Shown here: positions 1 through 13,419 of the stretch, one piece after another
Position numbering within the stretch: position 1 is the first letter of the stretch
How the letters are laid out: every line of letters begins with the position of its first letter
Position numbers and translations under genes: made by a program
Notes under the pieces: generated by a model
Databases searched by the model: none
What the model was told of the DNA's origin: nothing
What the model saw: only the letters and a program-made list of their open reading frames with translations
From: Eledone cirrhosa
Lineage: Eukaryota
DNA length: 64,000 nt
NCBI GenBank assembly: GCA_964016885.1
Contig: CAXHJY010001122.1
Location: forward strand, 1-64,000
Direction of reading: 5' to 3'

Positions 1-516
1 TTGCAGTGGAGTGGTGGGGGCAGGCATACCTAGCCGGCGCCAGCCGGACGGGCCAGTAGTATAAATATATATGTGTAGTATATATATATGTGATCTATAT
101 GCACTGGTTATAGACACACACACATATAAACACACATAGGCACACACACATATTCACACACATATATATACACACAAACACATATATATATATATATATA
201 TATACAACAACACCACCAGCTCTCTTCCATTCTCCTTTTCTGTCTCCTTTCCCTCTCTCTATGTCTTTCTTTCAATCTACTCTGTCACAACCACTATCTC
301 TTTCTCTATATCTTTCTCTCTCTTTGTTTATGAAGGTACCCGGAAAAGCCCCATATCTCGGGTACCCGTGGTCCGATTTAAGCGAAACTTGTTTTATTCC
401 ATTTGTATTCCCATTTCTCGGTCAACTTCCTTTCAAAGTATTTCCCATTATTCACCCTTTTGGCTGCATTACATTACAGACAAGCAAGCAAGCAATCACA
501 GACTGTTAGTATTATA

Positions 517-3500
517 CTAGACCCCCCGTTGGGTCATGTTCACTTAAAAATAATTTTTAAATAATTAAAATATACACAAAATGTATATAATGTAAAATGA
601 CATTGGAAAGCCAATATATATATATATACGTGTATGTGTGTGTGTGTATATGTACGTGTATATATATGTGTGTGTGGGTATCTGTGGCCTATATACACTG
701 GTCACAGACACACACACATTTTCAAAGAGTTGAAGGATACTGGCGCTTTGACGTGATGCAGAAGGAGTCTTAAATAATACAGGTCACCACTTCGTGGAGA
801 AACAGTGTATACTCGTCCCAAAACGTTCGCCTCAAAAATCCCTGGATACTGCTCAACTGTTTTCCCCACCTTTCTTCTTTCCCATCTCTTATTACTCCAA
901 GTGTAAAACTTTGGGACATCGGCATAATACAATGTTTTTGCAAACGGATTGCGATCGCAAAGATCTATGAACTCAGTCAGAGTCGTCTTAGCCATGTTAT
1001 TGTTTACTTTAAGAGCAGCATTTACCCGAAAGAAGATTTGATTTTCCTCAGGTAGATTGAAGACTTGAAGGCGAACTACGGCCGGTTCTCTCTCATGAAT
1101 TGGAAATCCAAATACCAAGGCAACAGCTTCTGAGGGACCGATATATCTTCCTGTTAAATACTGTATTATCCTATTTTCCCTGTTCACTCCAAACATTGCC
1201 TGATCACTGCCCTTCATGGTATATTTGATAACGTATTTGGTCGATTTTACGGAAGAGCACATTTCTACGTTTAGGTGGCAGTTGAACAATTTTAATAGTT
1301 TCATATTGTAGGGAACCACCCATTCCGAAGTTATAATTCGGCTTCCCCTTCCTTCTTGGTGCCCCTCAAATCCTCCCATTCCTGAAGACCGTCTTCTGTA
1401 CACAGGATAAGAGTCCTCTCCACACAATGTATATTCATTGAAAGGCTTAGGGTACCACTTACTGCACGATCCATCTTTCCAGCACGGCGAATTTTTAGAG
1501 CAATTCGACCGTGTATCATGTGCTTCAGCACCAATTCATAAACCCCTGGATCTTTGTTTGGATCTGGTATTTCGGCTTCAACAAATTTATCGAATTCCTG
1601 CGATCTGGGCTTGGGGACTTCATTGATCCTTAGCAAATAGCGCACATGAGGAAGACCTCGCTTTTGATATTCGACTGTCAGCACGTAAGCAATGCACTTG
1701 CCAAATAGGCCATCTACTCCAGTAAGATACTTTCTTAACAGATTCCGCTTCAGGTCAAATACTCTGGTAATTAAATGCTGGCCTGTCATGCGGCTTCTGA
1801 TTCAGGAATAGGTTTTGCCGGATTTCGGGCCAGTTTGGATTGCATGTCGTGATGAAGAACGAAGGATTGCCGTACTTCCGTATGTACATCATGGCATCCT
1901 GGCATCGCTCCATCATATATCTCGGTCCACCGACAAATGTGGAAGAGAGTATGATTCGCCTGCCAATATTGCGAAAATCGTCATCATCATTCAATGCATC
2001 AGTAAGGCCCTTGTATGTTGTAGATCGCAATGATATTTGATTCATTCGGATGTATTGCAGTCTATCTCCTTCAATCTTCGCAGCCATGTCAACCAAATAC
2101 TGCTGAAATAAACGACCGCCTCTGAGAAGTTGCTTGAATTCATTCTCATGGTTCATTATTCGATAGGCATAGTAGCGCATTGGCGTCAACTTCTTGTTAT
2201 TGCTCATTAACAGCTCATGATGCCATCCGTTATCGCCAAAAGGAAAACATAGAACATACTGCAAACTGTCATGGGACAGATGGGACGCTGAGATTATTTG
2301 CAATTGTCCGCCTTTTTCTTTCAACACAATGTGCCGTGCTTTTGCTTGAAGTTCGGTGCTGTTTTGTATAATAACGGCAACTTCGTTTGCAGTTTGTGCA
2401 TTGAATCTTCTCTCATGTTCCATTGCTGGTCTCCTATCAGGATCAATAATAATCGAAGCTTCGGGAATATTTTGAATTTGTTCTTTTGCCATTCGAAATG
2501 AAACAACGTAAGCGTTATATTGTCTGAGTATTATTTCCAATAATTCAACTATGTCGCGCTGAAAGCCAACGTTATGGAGTATCCTGATCCTCAAATCAAC
2601 ACTATCCTTAGGATCCAAAAGTAAATTTGAAGAAATTGGGGTTGTTCGTTGGGATTAGGGGTTAAGGAACCGATGTAATGGTGAATTTGACGATGAACAA
2701 CGATAGAAGGATTCCATCCACTCCTTGAGGAACGAACTTCTTCGACCCCAAAAGATGTCATTCTGAACAGGTAGTTGTATTGTCTGAGGTTCTTCCTGAA
2801 CTCGTTTGCCCTAGGTTGATTAGTACTAAATAAACTGTGAAGTTCCTGGGGTAATGGCTGCAGATTCCCCAACCTGACTTTTCCATTCATACAGCAAAAG
2901 TTAGCAGTTTCACCATGAAAAAGCATTGCATGACAACAGACACAGATCTTATTCACCTGTCCAATATCAGCAGAGAGGTCACGCCGTTGAACTGTCCTTG
3001 CTCTATTCCTAATGGTTTGTTGGCAAAGATGTTCAGTTCTCTGAGCATCCTATTCATGATCTCTCCTGATTCTGTCTCTTTCCCTCTGTTCCGCCAGACG
3101 CGCAGCCCTTGCTTTATCAGTCTCATCGATCCTTCTATTCGCATGCCTGTCCCGATCTTGTTGGCGTTGACCACTATCTTGCTCACCTTCTTCGGCTCTC
3201 CTTAGCCGTGCTTTCTTTCCACCATCGATAGACCAACCAGATGTTTTCTTTCTTCCTCGTCGAGGCATTATTTAAGAATAGAAAATCGTATTCACCTTAG
3301 GAAAAATTCCTATTACCTCAACAAATATTTTTTTTAAATCATCATTTAGAAAAATTTCTAAATAATGAAAATATTGTCTGTTTAAACAACTCGTATTTTT
3401 CAAATCATATTCACCTGAAAAATACTTATTAATAATTAAAATATTCTGTTTAAAGAAAGCTGAAATATATATACTCAGTGTACAAATAATTTGTATTTTT

Positions 3501-4886
3501 TAAGTCATTTTCACTTAAGAATAATTTTTTAATATTTTTTCCATCGTATTCACTCAAAATATTTTTTTTTAAATGAAGATATTTTCTATGTAAATAAAGT
3601 TATTTGTGAAATCAAATTCACTTTAAAATATTTCTAAATAATTGAAATATTCTTTTTAACAAAAGCAAAAATATAAACACCTACTGTTTAACACCAACTG
3701 GTATTTTTCAGTCATATTCACTTAATGCTTTTCTGATAATTAAAATATCGTCTGTTTAAAATATCGTCTGTTTAAAGAAAGCTCAAATATAGATACTTGA
3801 AGTACAAACAACTTGTAGTTTTGAAATCATATTCACTGAGAAATCATAGAAATTTTTTTTTTAATAATTATTAAAAATATTTCTCGAATGATGAAAATAG
3901 TTTATGTCGAGTAACGTCAAACTTGTTTTATCCCCATTTCAGGGTTATATCACTTTCCATAATGCATCGTTTTGGCTATTTACGAAGGTATCCTACACAC
4001 ACACATACCTACACAAATATATATATATATATGTCTCTAACTTAAGTACTGTTACACACACACACACACATGTCTCTAAGTACGTAAACACATGTACTGG
4101 CACACATAAACATACAGATACACACGGTGGCAGTAGAACTGTGAAAGAGAGAGAAAGAAATAACGTTATGGATACGGGGGGGGGGGTTAAAATAAATAAA
4201 AGTTAACGACGCTGTCTCTTTCCCTATCTGTGACCCCCCTCTCTCATCTCTTTATTCTCTCTCTCATCCCCTCACTCTCTCTCTTTCTCTCTCTCACCCT
4301 CACTCTCTCTTTCTCTCTCTCATCCCCTCACTCACTCCCACCCTCACTCTCTCTTTCTCTCTCTCACCCTCACTCTCTCTTTCTTTCTCTCTCACCCCCC
4401 TCCCCCTCCATCTCTCTCTTTCACCCCCTCTCTGTCTCTCTTACCTACAGAATGGACAACCAAAAAACAAATGGATTATTTATTTCCATATTCATTATAA
4501 AATACGATAAATTGAATTTAGATGAATTCCTTGCTATTTTTGGAAAATTGAAAATATTGTCCATGTGCGATTTACGCTAAACTTGTTTTATTCAGAGTAT
4601 TTTCTCTTTATGCAATGTTTTGGCTATTTACGAAGTTTTGCAGGGTTATGTTAGTTTCGGGGTTTTTTCCCAGTATGCACCGTTGTGACTATTTACGAAG
4701 GTACCCCCAAAACCCGTGAATTTCGGGATCCCGGGGTCAGATTTTCGCGAAACTTGTTTTATTCAATTTGTATTCCCATTTCAGAGGCAACTTGCTTTCA
4801 AAGTATTTACCCATTATGCGCCCTTTTGGCTGTATTACATAACAGACAAGCAAGCAAGCACGCAAGATCAGAGTTTTAGTAGTATA
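517..4886 (-). mobile_element. Helitron unit 1 (Rep region present, helicase region deleted)
   Basis: The minus-strand 3' end reads ...TGACCCAACGGGGGGTCTAG|T, with CTAG at 517-520. The 5' end at 4886 reads TATACTACTAAAAC...(GCTT)n. Frameshifted Rep ORFs lie between. Confidence 0.85.
702..3268 (-). pseudogene. Helitron Rep (HUH endonuclease) region, frameshifted and truncated before the helicase
   Basis: ORF pieces show CVCCHAMLFHGETANFCC (Zn finger), GRLFQQYLVDM, LSSTFVGGPRYM, FFITTCNPNWPEI (motif 1), VEYQKRGLPH (motif 2), VVPYN..HLNVE..KYVIKY (motif 3) and YLRLLLHHV. Confidence 0.92.
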
Positions 4887-5637
4887 CTATACCACCGTGA
4901 CCCGTTGGGTCATGTTCACTTAAAAATAATTTTTAAATAATTAAAATCTACACAAAATGTATATAATGTAAAATGACATTGGAAAGCCAATATATATATA
5001 CGTGTGTGTGTGTGTGTGTATGTACATGTATATATATATATATATGTGTTTGTGTGTGTGGGTGTCTGTCGCCTATATACACTGGTCACAGACACACACA
5101 CACATACATCCTGTCCTAACACAAGTTATAAAATACATATAACTTAATATTCAGTCACCAAATTCAAGCTAGATACAGTAATGCTGTATTCGATTCTTTG
5201 AAGTCACCTGTCATAATTTCATTCAACAATACCGCCAGCTCTCTCCCTCTCTCACAACCACTATCTGCGTTTGTATTCACATTTCAATGGTACCTTACTT
5301 TCAAAGTATTTTCCCATTATGCGCTGATTTGGCTATTTATAAAGGTACCCGAAAAAAACTCGCGTATCTCGGGAACCTGTGGTTCGATTTACGCGAAACT
5401 TGTCTTTTCACTGTATTATTCACAAGTATTTTCACAAAGAAAATATCAAATTATTTTTCACTAATAGCTATCCAATCACTCCACTTCAAAATTCTTTTTT
5501 CTATATCTCTATGGATGCTTGACTGTTTGTTCTGAAAGATTTTTCTGTTTAAAATTTGAAAGAAATTATTCTTAATTGTCTTAGTTTTTCCTTTCATTTT
5601 CTGACGTCGGAATCAACATTTTCTCATATTTACGCTG

Positions 5638-6535
5638 TTACAGTTTGTTCAAAAGAATGCTTTTGATAACAACATTCTTAGGTGAATGGGTATCCTTCAG
5701 AAACAATCTGCCATTTTCTTTTCGTTTTCCGCGGCTAAGGGCTACATACAGTTGACCGTGTTGGAATACAGGTCGTTCCAGATAAACCAAAACGTTTTCC
5801 ATAATTTGTCCTTGTGCTTTATGAATAGTCATAGCGAAGCACGATTGAACTGGGAATTGGCTTCGCTGCAAAGGGATATCCTCACCTTCGGATAGATTAA
5901 TTCTTATTTCAGGTATCATAACGATCTCATTTCTGAAAGCAACAGTGTTGATTCTTGCTACTATGAGATTGTGGTCCAGTTCTTCCACGATCATGCGCGT
6001 TCCATTACAAAGCCTTGGAGGATTCAAGTTTCTCATAAGAATTATTGGCGATCCTTTTTTCAATTCCAGGTTATGTGGTGGCAGTCCTGATAGTTCAACC
6101 GAATCAAGGAATTCAGTCGGGAAATGAGTGGCATTGGCACCATCACTCACAGAATTATAGGATCGGTACTCTTTTATGTTTCCAGGGAAGCGTCTGATAC
6201 AGGTGGAATTGATGCTTCTCATCATTTCATTGAGATACTAAGATGTAATTGTTCGAAAACTCTTCAGCTGGATTTTCGAATGAGGGGTAGATGAAATCAA
6301 TACATTCTTCCATAGTTGTTGCTTGGAGAACCATTTCTTTTGGCAAAATAATTTCCTCATTTTCAGTTTTGTTTATCTTATCTTCTCCAATATCCAATAG
6401 GAACTGTGAATAGTCTCCTGCTCCCCCACCCAATTGCATGTTTGTCTTCAACTGAAATCTTTTGAAGCTTCGCCATAAGTAGGATTGTTTGATGCAGGCG
6501 TTTTCCATGTTCGCTTCATTTCCCCTTTTCACTAC
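5638..6535 (-). pseudogene. Helitron PIF1-like helicase, C-terminal part
   Basis: Motifs include GLPPHNLELKKGSPIILMRNLNPPRLCNGTR, FAMTIHKAQGQ, HGQLYVALSR and LKTNM..FLLDIGE. Confidence 0.93.
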
Positions 6536-8441
6536 AAATTTATCGTTTCCTGCGGTCTGGCCTTGGAGGCTTCATTGAGCCATAGCAAACAGTGCACATG
6601 AGGAAGACCTCGCTTTGATATTCGACTGTCAGCACGTAAGCAATGCACTTGCCAAATAGGCCATCTACTCCAGTAAGATACTTTCTTAACAGTTTCGCTT
6701 CAGGTCAAATACTCTGGCAATAAATCTGGCCTCTCACGTGGCTTCTGATTCAGGAATAGGTTTGCCGGATTTCGGGCCAGTTTGGATTGCATGTCATTGT
6801 GATGAAGAAGGAAGGATTGCCGTACTTCCGTATGTACATCATGGCATCCTGGCATCGCTCCATCATATATCTCGGTCCACCGACAAATGTGGAAGAGAGT
6901 ATGATTCGCCTGCCATTATTGCGAAAATCGTCATCATCATTCAATGTGTCAGTAAGGCTCTTGTATGTTGTAGATCGCAATGATGTTTGATTCATTCGGA
7001 TGTATTGCAGTCTATCTCCTTCAATCTTCGCAGCCATGTCAACCAAATACTGCTGAAATAAACGACCGCCTCTGAGAAGTTGCTTGAATTCATTCTCATG
7101 GTTTATTATTCGATAGGCATAGTAGCGCATTGGCGTCAACTTCTTGTTATTGCTTATTAACAGCTCATGATGCCATACGTCATCGCCAAGAGGAAAACAT
7201 AGAACATACTGAAAACTGTCATAGGACCGATGGGACTCTGAGATTATTTGCAATTGTCCGCCTTTTTCTTTCAACACAATGTGCCGTGCTTTTGCTTGAA
7301 GTTCGGTGCTGTTTTGTAAAATAACGGCAACTTCGTTTGCAGTTTGTGCATTGAATCTTCTCTCATGTTCCATTGCTGGTCTCCTATCAGGATCAATAAT
7401 AATCGAAGCTTCGGGAATATTTTGAATTTGTTCTTTTGCCATTCGAAATGAAGTAACGTAAGGGTTATATTGTCTGCGCCATGCTTTGACGCATAGAGTT
7501 ACGGCCCTTGCTATTCTGAGTTCAAATCCCGCCGGGGTTAACTTTGCTTTCATCCTTACGGGGTCGATAAAATAAAGTACCAGTAATACACTGGGTAATT
7601 TGCTGGCCTTGTGCCTAAAATAGAAACAATTATTTCCAATAATTCAACTATGTCGCGCTGAATGCCATCGTTATGGAATATCCTGATCCTCATATCAACA
7701 CTATCCTGAGGATCCAAGAAGTAAATTTGAAGAAATTGGGGTTGTTTATTGGGATTAGGGGTAAATGAACCGATGTAATGGTAAATTTGGCCATGAATAA
7801 CGATAGAAGGATTCATTCCATCCACTCCTTGAGGAACGAACTTCTTCGGCCCCAAAAGATGTCATTTGGAACAGGGAGTTGTATTGTCTGAGGTTCTTCC
7901 TGAACTCGTTTGCTCTCGGTTGATCAGTACTAAATAAACTGTGAAGTTCCTGGGGTCAAGGCTGCAGATTCCCCAACCTGACTTTTCCATTCATACAGCA
8001 AAAGTTAGCAGTTTCACCATGAAAAAACATTGCATGACAACAGACACAGATCTTATTCATCTGTCCAACATCAGCAGAGAGGTCACGCCGTTGAACTGTC
8101 CTTGCTTTATCCCTAATGGTTTGTTGGCAAAGATGTTCAGTTCTCCGAGCGTCCTATTCATGATCTCTCCTGATTCTGTCTCTTTCCCTATGTTCCGCCT
8201 GACGCTCAGCTCTCCGATCATCCGATTCATGATCTCTCCTTCTTCTGTCTCTTTCCCTCTGTTCCGCCAGTCGCGCAGCCCTTGCTTTATCAGTCTTATC
8301 GATTCTTCTATTCGCATGCCTGTCCCGATCTTGTTGGCGTTGACCACTATCTTGCTCACCTTCTGCGGCTCTCCTTAGCCGTGCTTTCTTTCCACCATCG
8401 ATAGACCAACCAGATGTTTTCTTTCTTCCTCGTCGAGGCAT
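6536..8441 (-). pseudogene. Helitron Rep N-terminal part, second copy
   Basis: It is a paralog of about 1600-3268, starts MPRRGRKK, retains PHVH (HUH), and is joined to the helicase fragment by a deletion at about 6535. Confidence 0.9.
7477..7634 (+). mobile_element. tRNA-derived SINE, 5'-truncated, inserted in Helitron Rep
   Basis: B box GAGTTCAAATCC, core CTTTCATCCTTACGGGGTCGATAAAATAAAGTACCAG and tail TAGAAACAATTATT are present. It is absent from the paralogous site at about 2525. Confidence 0.9.
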
Positions 8442-9196
8442 TATTTAAGAATAGAAAATCGTATTCACCTTAGAAAAAATTCCTATTACCTCAACAAATA
8501 TTTTTTTTAAATCATCATTTAGAAATAGTTCTAAATAATGAACATTTTGTCTGTTTAAACAACTCGTATTTTTCAAATCATATTCACTTAAAAATACTTA
8601 TTAATAATTAAAATATTCTGTTTAAAGAAAGCTGAAATATATATACTCAGTGTACAAATAATTTGTATTTTTTAAGTCATTTTCACTTAAGAATATTTTT
8701 TAAATATGCTAGGAAATATTTTTTCCATCGTATTCACTTCAAAATAATTTTTGAAAATGAAGATATTGTCTATGTAAATAAAGCTATTTGTGAAATCAAA
8801 TTCACTTTAAAATATTTCTAAATAATTGAAATATTCTTTTTAACAAAAGCAAAAATATAAAAACCTACCGTTTAAAACCAACTGGTATTTTTCAATTATA
8901 TTCACTTCATGCTTTTCTGATAATTAAAATATCGTCTGTTTAAAGAAATCTCAAATACGGATACTTGAAGTACAAACAACTTGTAGTTTTGAAATCATAT
9001 TCACTGAGAAATCACTGAAAAATCTTTTTTTAATAATTACTAAAAATATTTCTCGAATTATGAAAATAGTTTATGTCGATTTACGTCAAACTTGTTTTAT
9101 CCCCATTTCAGGGTGATATCACTTATTTTCCCATTATGCACCGTTTTGGCTATTTACGAGGGTATCCTACACACACACACACACAGACACACACAC

Positions 9197-9271
<75 letters not shown>

Positions 9272-10037
9272 TCTAACTCTAGTACAGTTACTCACACATA
9301 CACACACACACATGTCTCTAAGTACGTAAACACATGCACTGGCACACATACGCATACAGATACACACGGTGGCAGTAGAACTGTGAAAGAGAGAGAAAGA
9401 AATAACGTTATGGATATGGGGGAGAGTTAAAATAAATAAAAGTTAAGGACGCTGTCTTTTTCCCTATCTGTCATCCCCTCTCTCTCTCATCCCCTCACTC
9501 TCTCTCTCTTTCTCTCTCTCACCCCACTCCCCATCTCTCTCTTTCACCCCCTCTCTGTCTCTCTTACCTACAGAAAGGACAACCAAAAAACAAATGGATT
9601 ATTTCAATCGATATTCATTATAAAACAAGATAAATTGAATTTAGATGAATTCCTTGCTATTATTGGAAAATTGAAAATATTGTCCATGTGCGATTTACGC
9701 CAAACTTGTTTTATTCAGAGTATTTTCTCATTATGCAATGTTTTGGCTATTTACGAAGTTTTGCAGGGTTATGTTAATTTCGGGGTATTTTCCCAGTATG
9801 CACCGTTGTGGCTATTTACGAAGGTACTCCCAAAAGCCGCGAATATCGGGAACCCGGGGTCAGATTTTCGCGAAACTTATTTTATTCAATTTGTATTCCC
9901 ATTTCAGTGGCAACTTGCTTTCAAAGTATTTACCCATTATGGGCCCTTTTGGCTGTATTACATAACAGGCAAGCAAGAAAGCACGCAAGATCAGAGTTTT
10001 AGTAGTATACTATACCACCGTGACCCGTTGGGTCACG

Positions 10038-13000
10038 TAGAGATGCCGCAGCCTGAGCGCGTGTTTGCGCATCGTCAACCACGGCATCCCCAGCCCTCCG
10101 TTGGAAGGGTGTTGGCAGCAGATGGATCTTCTCACCAAAGGAGCCCGCCTCTTCCAAAGGAATCGGAAGAGCGCGCGCTCAATTTTGGCGAGCGTTTTGG
10201 CTGGACAAGGCACGACGGTCAAGCGGTAGTAGATGACGGACGCTATAAAATTATTCACCACCTCCGCTCGACCTTTTAAGGATAGTTTGCACTCGGCCCA
10301 CTTCTGGGTGAGCGCAAACACCTTGGCCATAACCTCGTTCCAGTTCTTCTCCACCTGGAGGTCCGGTCCAAACTAGACCTCGAAGGCACCGGTTTGCCTC
10401 TCCCCGATCGGAGTTGCAAACCGACAGACTTGTCTCGGTTCAGCTTCGCTCCTGTGAATCTTTCGCATTCCTTCAGTAAGGTGCTGACTTCCTCGATTTG
10501 CTAGGTGCTCTACACCATTACTGTCACGTCGTCGGCGTAGGCCGACGCCGCTTTCAGCAGTCCCGGTTCTAGAGGGATGCCCTGCAATAGCTCTAACTTC
10601 CGCAGTAGTGGCTCTAGAGACAGTACGTACAGAAGGGAGGAGAGAGGGCATCCCTGTCGGATGGATCGCGTGATATGGAACGGCTCCGAGAGGTAGCCGT
10701 TCACCTTAACCCTTGAGCAGATGTTGCTGTTATGCATTGCAGCAATCCAGCCCCTGAACACGGTTCCGAAGCCTGCCGCCTCGAGCACCTCATCCAGGTA
10801 ACGATGATCAACCCTATCGAAAGCCTTAGACTGATTCAAGTTGATCAGGGCCCCACCGAAGCCGGGTTTACACCCTACCCTCTCTATTATGTATCGCCTA
10901 ATGTGGAGGTTGTCGTTTATGGACCTGGTCGGGATTGCACATGTCTGCGCTTCTCCCACCAGGTTTTCGACGACAAGCGCCAGCCTCTTTGCCAACACCT
11001 TGGCCAAAATCTGTAACTCTGTGTTTAGCAAAGTTATGGGCCGGGAGTTGCTTATGTCATCCCCCTTATTCGCGTCCTTCCTGATTAGTGTGACTACGCC
11101 CCTGGTTACAGAACTGGGAATTCTCCCGTTCTGCTGCCAGTTGCAGTAGACCGCTTCCAGGAGACTGGAGAACAAGTCCGGCATTGCTACGTAAAATTCG
11201 TAGGGTACACCGTCGAGACCTGGAGATTTACGTTTGCGGCATTGGCTCAGCGGCTGAAATCGGCTTTTCGCAGAACTTCGCCTCGCTGTCCGAGAGTCGC
11301 GGTAGGCCGTCGAGGTATGAACCAAAATCCATAACCCCTCCCAGCGTGCCGCTCTGCCCGAACAGCTGAGCAAAATGCCGCTGAAAGGCCGCGCACATAT
11401 GCTTCGGCTCACGTATCACTTGGTCCTTCAAAGACTGAATCGTGGACCTGTTGCCACTTTTCGCCTCCGTCACCCGGGCCCAGCTAACAGCTTTGGCTCC
11501 CTCATTACCCAGAGCACGTATTTTGCTTCTGACAACGCAGCCCTCGTGCTTTGCATCGAAGAAATGGTCCAAGGCCGTTCTCGTTGCTAGCACGCTGGCT
11601 ACATTGCCACTTCTAATTGCCTCTTCTACTTTATCTAGCAGTTCCTTCTCGGTCCTATTTCTATCTAACGCTAATTCTTTACTAAAAACTAACGAGTCTA
11701 ATCTAGCTGTTCTCTTGAGAGAGTATCACCATCTGTTGTTGACAATGGCCCCTGTCAAGTGCAGTTTAACTAAAGTGCTAATCCGTCCACTGTAGGCTTC
11801 CAGTTCAGCTTACACTAGCCAGGTCCTTGTCTATGGGTTCTATCAAGGTTGACCATGCAGGTCACTAGTTTGTGATCTGAATATGCAGCCATGAACATTT
11901 GTGGGGATCTTAACATGTCCCTATCCTTATTTCTAACTAGAACCCTAGCTAGGTACGATCTAGATGTTCAACTAAGATTAGTCCACGTCCACAGTGGCAC
12001 AGTCGGAAAATCTAGTCGATATCTATCGGCCAGGTCAAATCGGCCGATTAACTGTTTGAGGCTGTTACACCCCCTCCCCCTTTATCGGGACATGCTCCCA
12101 CATAGTCCCAACGTGCATCTAGGAATCCATTCCAGTCCCCTACTAAAAGCAAGGAGCGGGACGTTCCCAGAAAAGTCTCTAGACGTTTGAAGAAGTCTGG
12201 CCGCGGTGTCCCGGATGGGGCATATGTGGCCACCAGCCTGAAGGCTCCACCTTCACTACCGTCAACGTCTAGGACCACCAGTCGACCCTCCGGGTCCAGA
12301 TGTATCGTCTGTATTACGAGGTCCAGGTGTTTCTGCAGCAAAACGGCAACCCCGCCACCACCTCCCGGCTGACAGAGAGATGCGTAGATCTCAAAGTCAT
12401 CGAAGATGGGGGCCAGCTTTCGCTCGCTGTGGATCCTGGACTCGCAAATGGCTACTACATCCATACTGTACGACCTGAGGTCGTTTAAGAGTTTGCCCTG
12501 TTTCCAGGGCATCCCCAGTCCGCGTACATTCACACATCCAACTCTCATATTGGCCATGTTGGTGCTGAAAATTTAAAAGAAGAGGAAAAGAAATCTCTCA
12601 CCTCTTCTTTTCCTGGGGACCAGACTGCAAGATTTCCATGGGGGTGTTCGAGGGGTTGTCTGGTTGGGTGGTGATTTCCGGCGGGGTGGGGACGGAGATG
12701 TTTGGTGGGGAGTGGGTTTCTGGTGGGATGGGGTGACTGGGGTGTGGAGAGATTTGAGAAGGACGCGGTTAAGTGGTTTCACGCAGGAATTCCCCACGTC
12801 CTTTTCAAATGTTTCTTTTAGGGACCTATAAGTTTGTATAGAGACCCTAATCAGTTTTAGGTTCGGTTTTTTTATTTTTTTTATTAGAGTTTGCGAAAGT
12901 TTTCCCTTCGGTTTTCACCGAAGGCTTGTTCGTGATGGTCTCCATTGGTGTTTTGTTTTCAGTGTTTATGTATGTGTAAGTGTAATTTTCTTGTGCTGTG

Positions 13001-13350
13001 TTTGTTTTTGTCTGTAGTTCTTGTGTGTGCTTTCGTTTTGTTGTAGGTGTTTGTGTTTGGAGTGATGTCGTGGTTTTGTTTTCGGGATGGGGGGGGGTTG
13101 TAATGTTTGTTTTGTTTGTGTTGGTGATTGTATGTTTGTAGTGATGTTTGTTGCTTTTTTGTTCTTGTGGTGTCTTTTCTTCTTTCTCATCATCACTTGG
13201 TGATGATGAGGCCTCGTCCGTTGTGGTGTCTGTGTTATTTGGAAGGGGTATGTTTTGGGGAGCTGTTTTGCAGTGGCTTTAGGTGGAATGGGGTTGGATG
13301 GGACTATGCTTGCAGTTTGGTTTGTTGTTCTTGTTTTGGTTATGTTTGCG

Positions 13351-13419
<69 letters not shown>

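Larger units (their letters stand above)
4887..10009 (-). mobile_element. Helitron unit 2 (internal deletion, SINE insertion)
   Basis: It is a near-identical paralog of unit 1, including the non-coding regions. The 3' hairpin TGACCCAACGGGTCA is followed by ...GTATAG|T at 4887. The 5' TATACTACTAAAAC is at 10009. Confidence 0.85.

Noticed and set aside
30-62. Plus-strand GC hairpin followed by GTAGT, resembling another Helitron 3' end
   Set aside because: It lies at the window edge, the terminus is non-canonical, and there is too little context.
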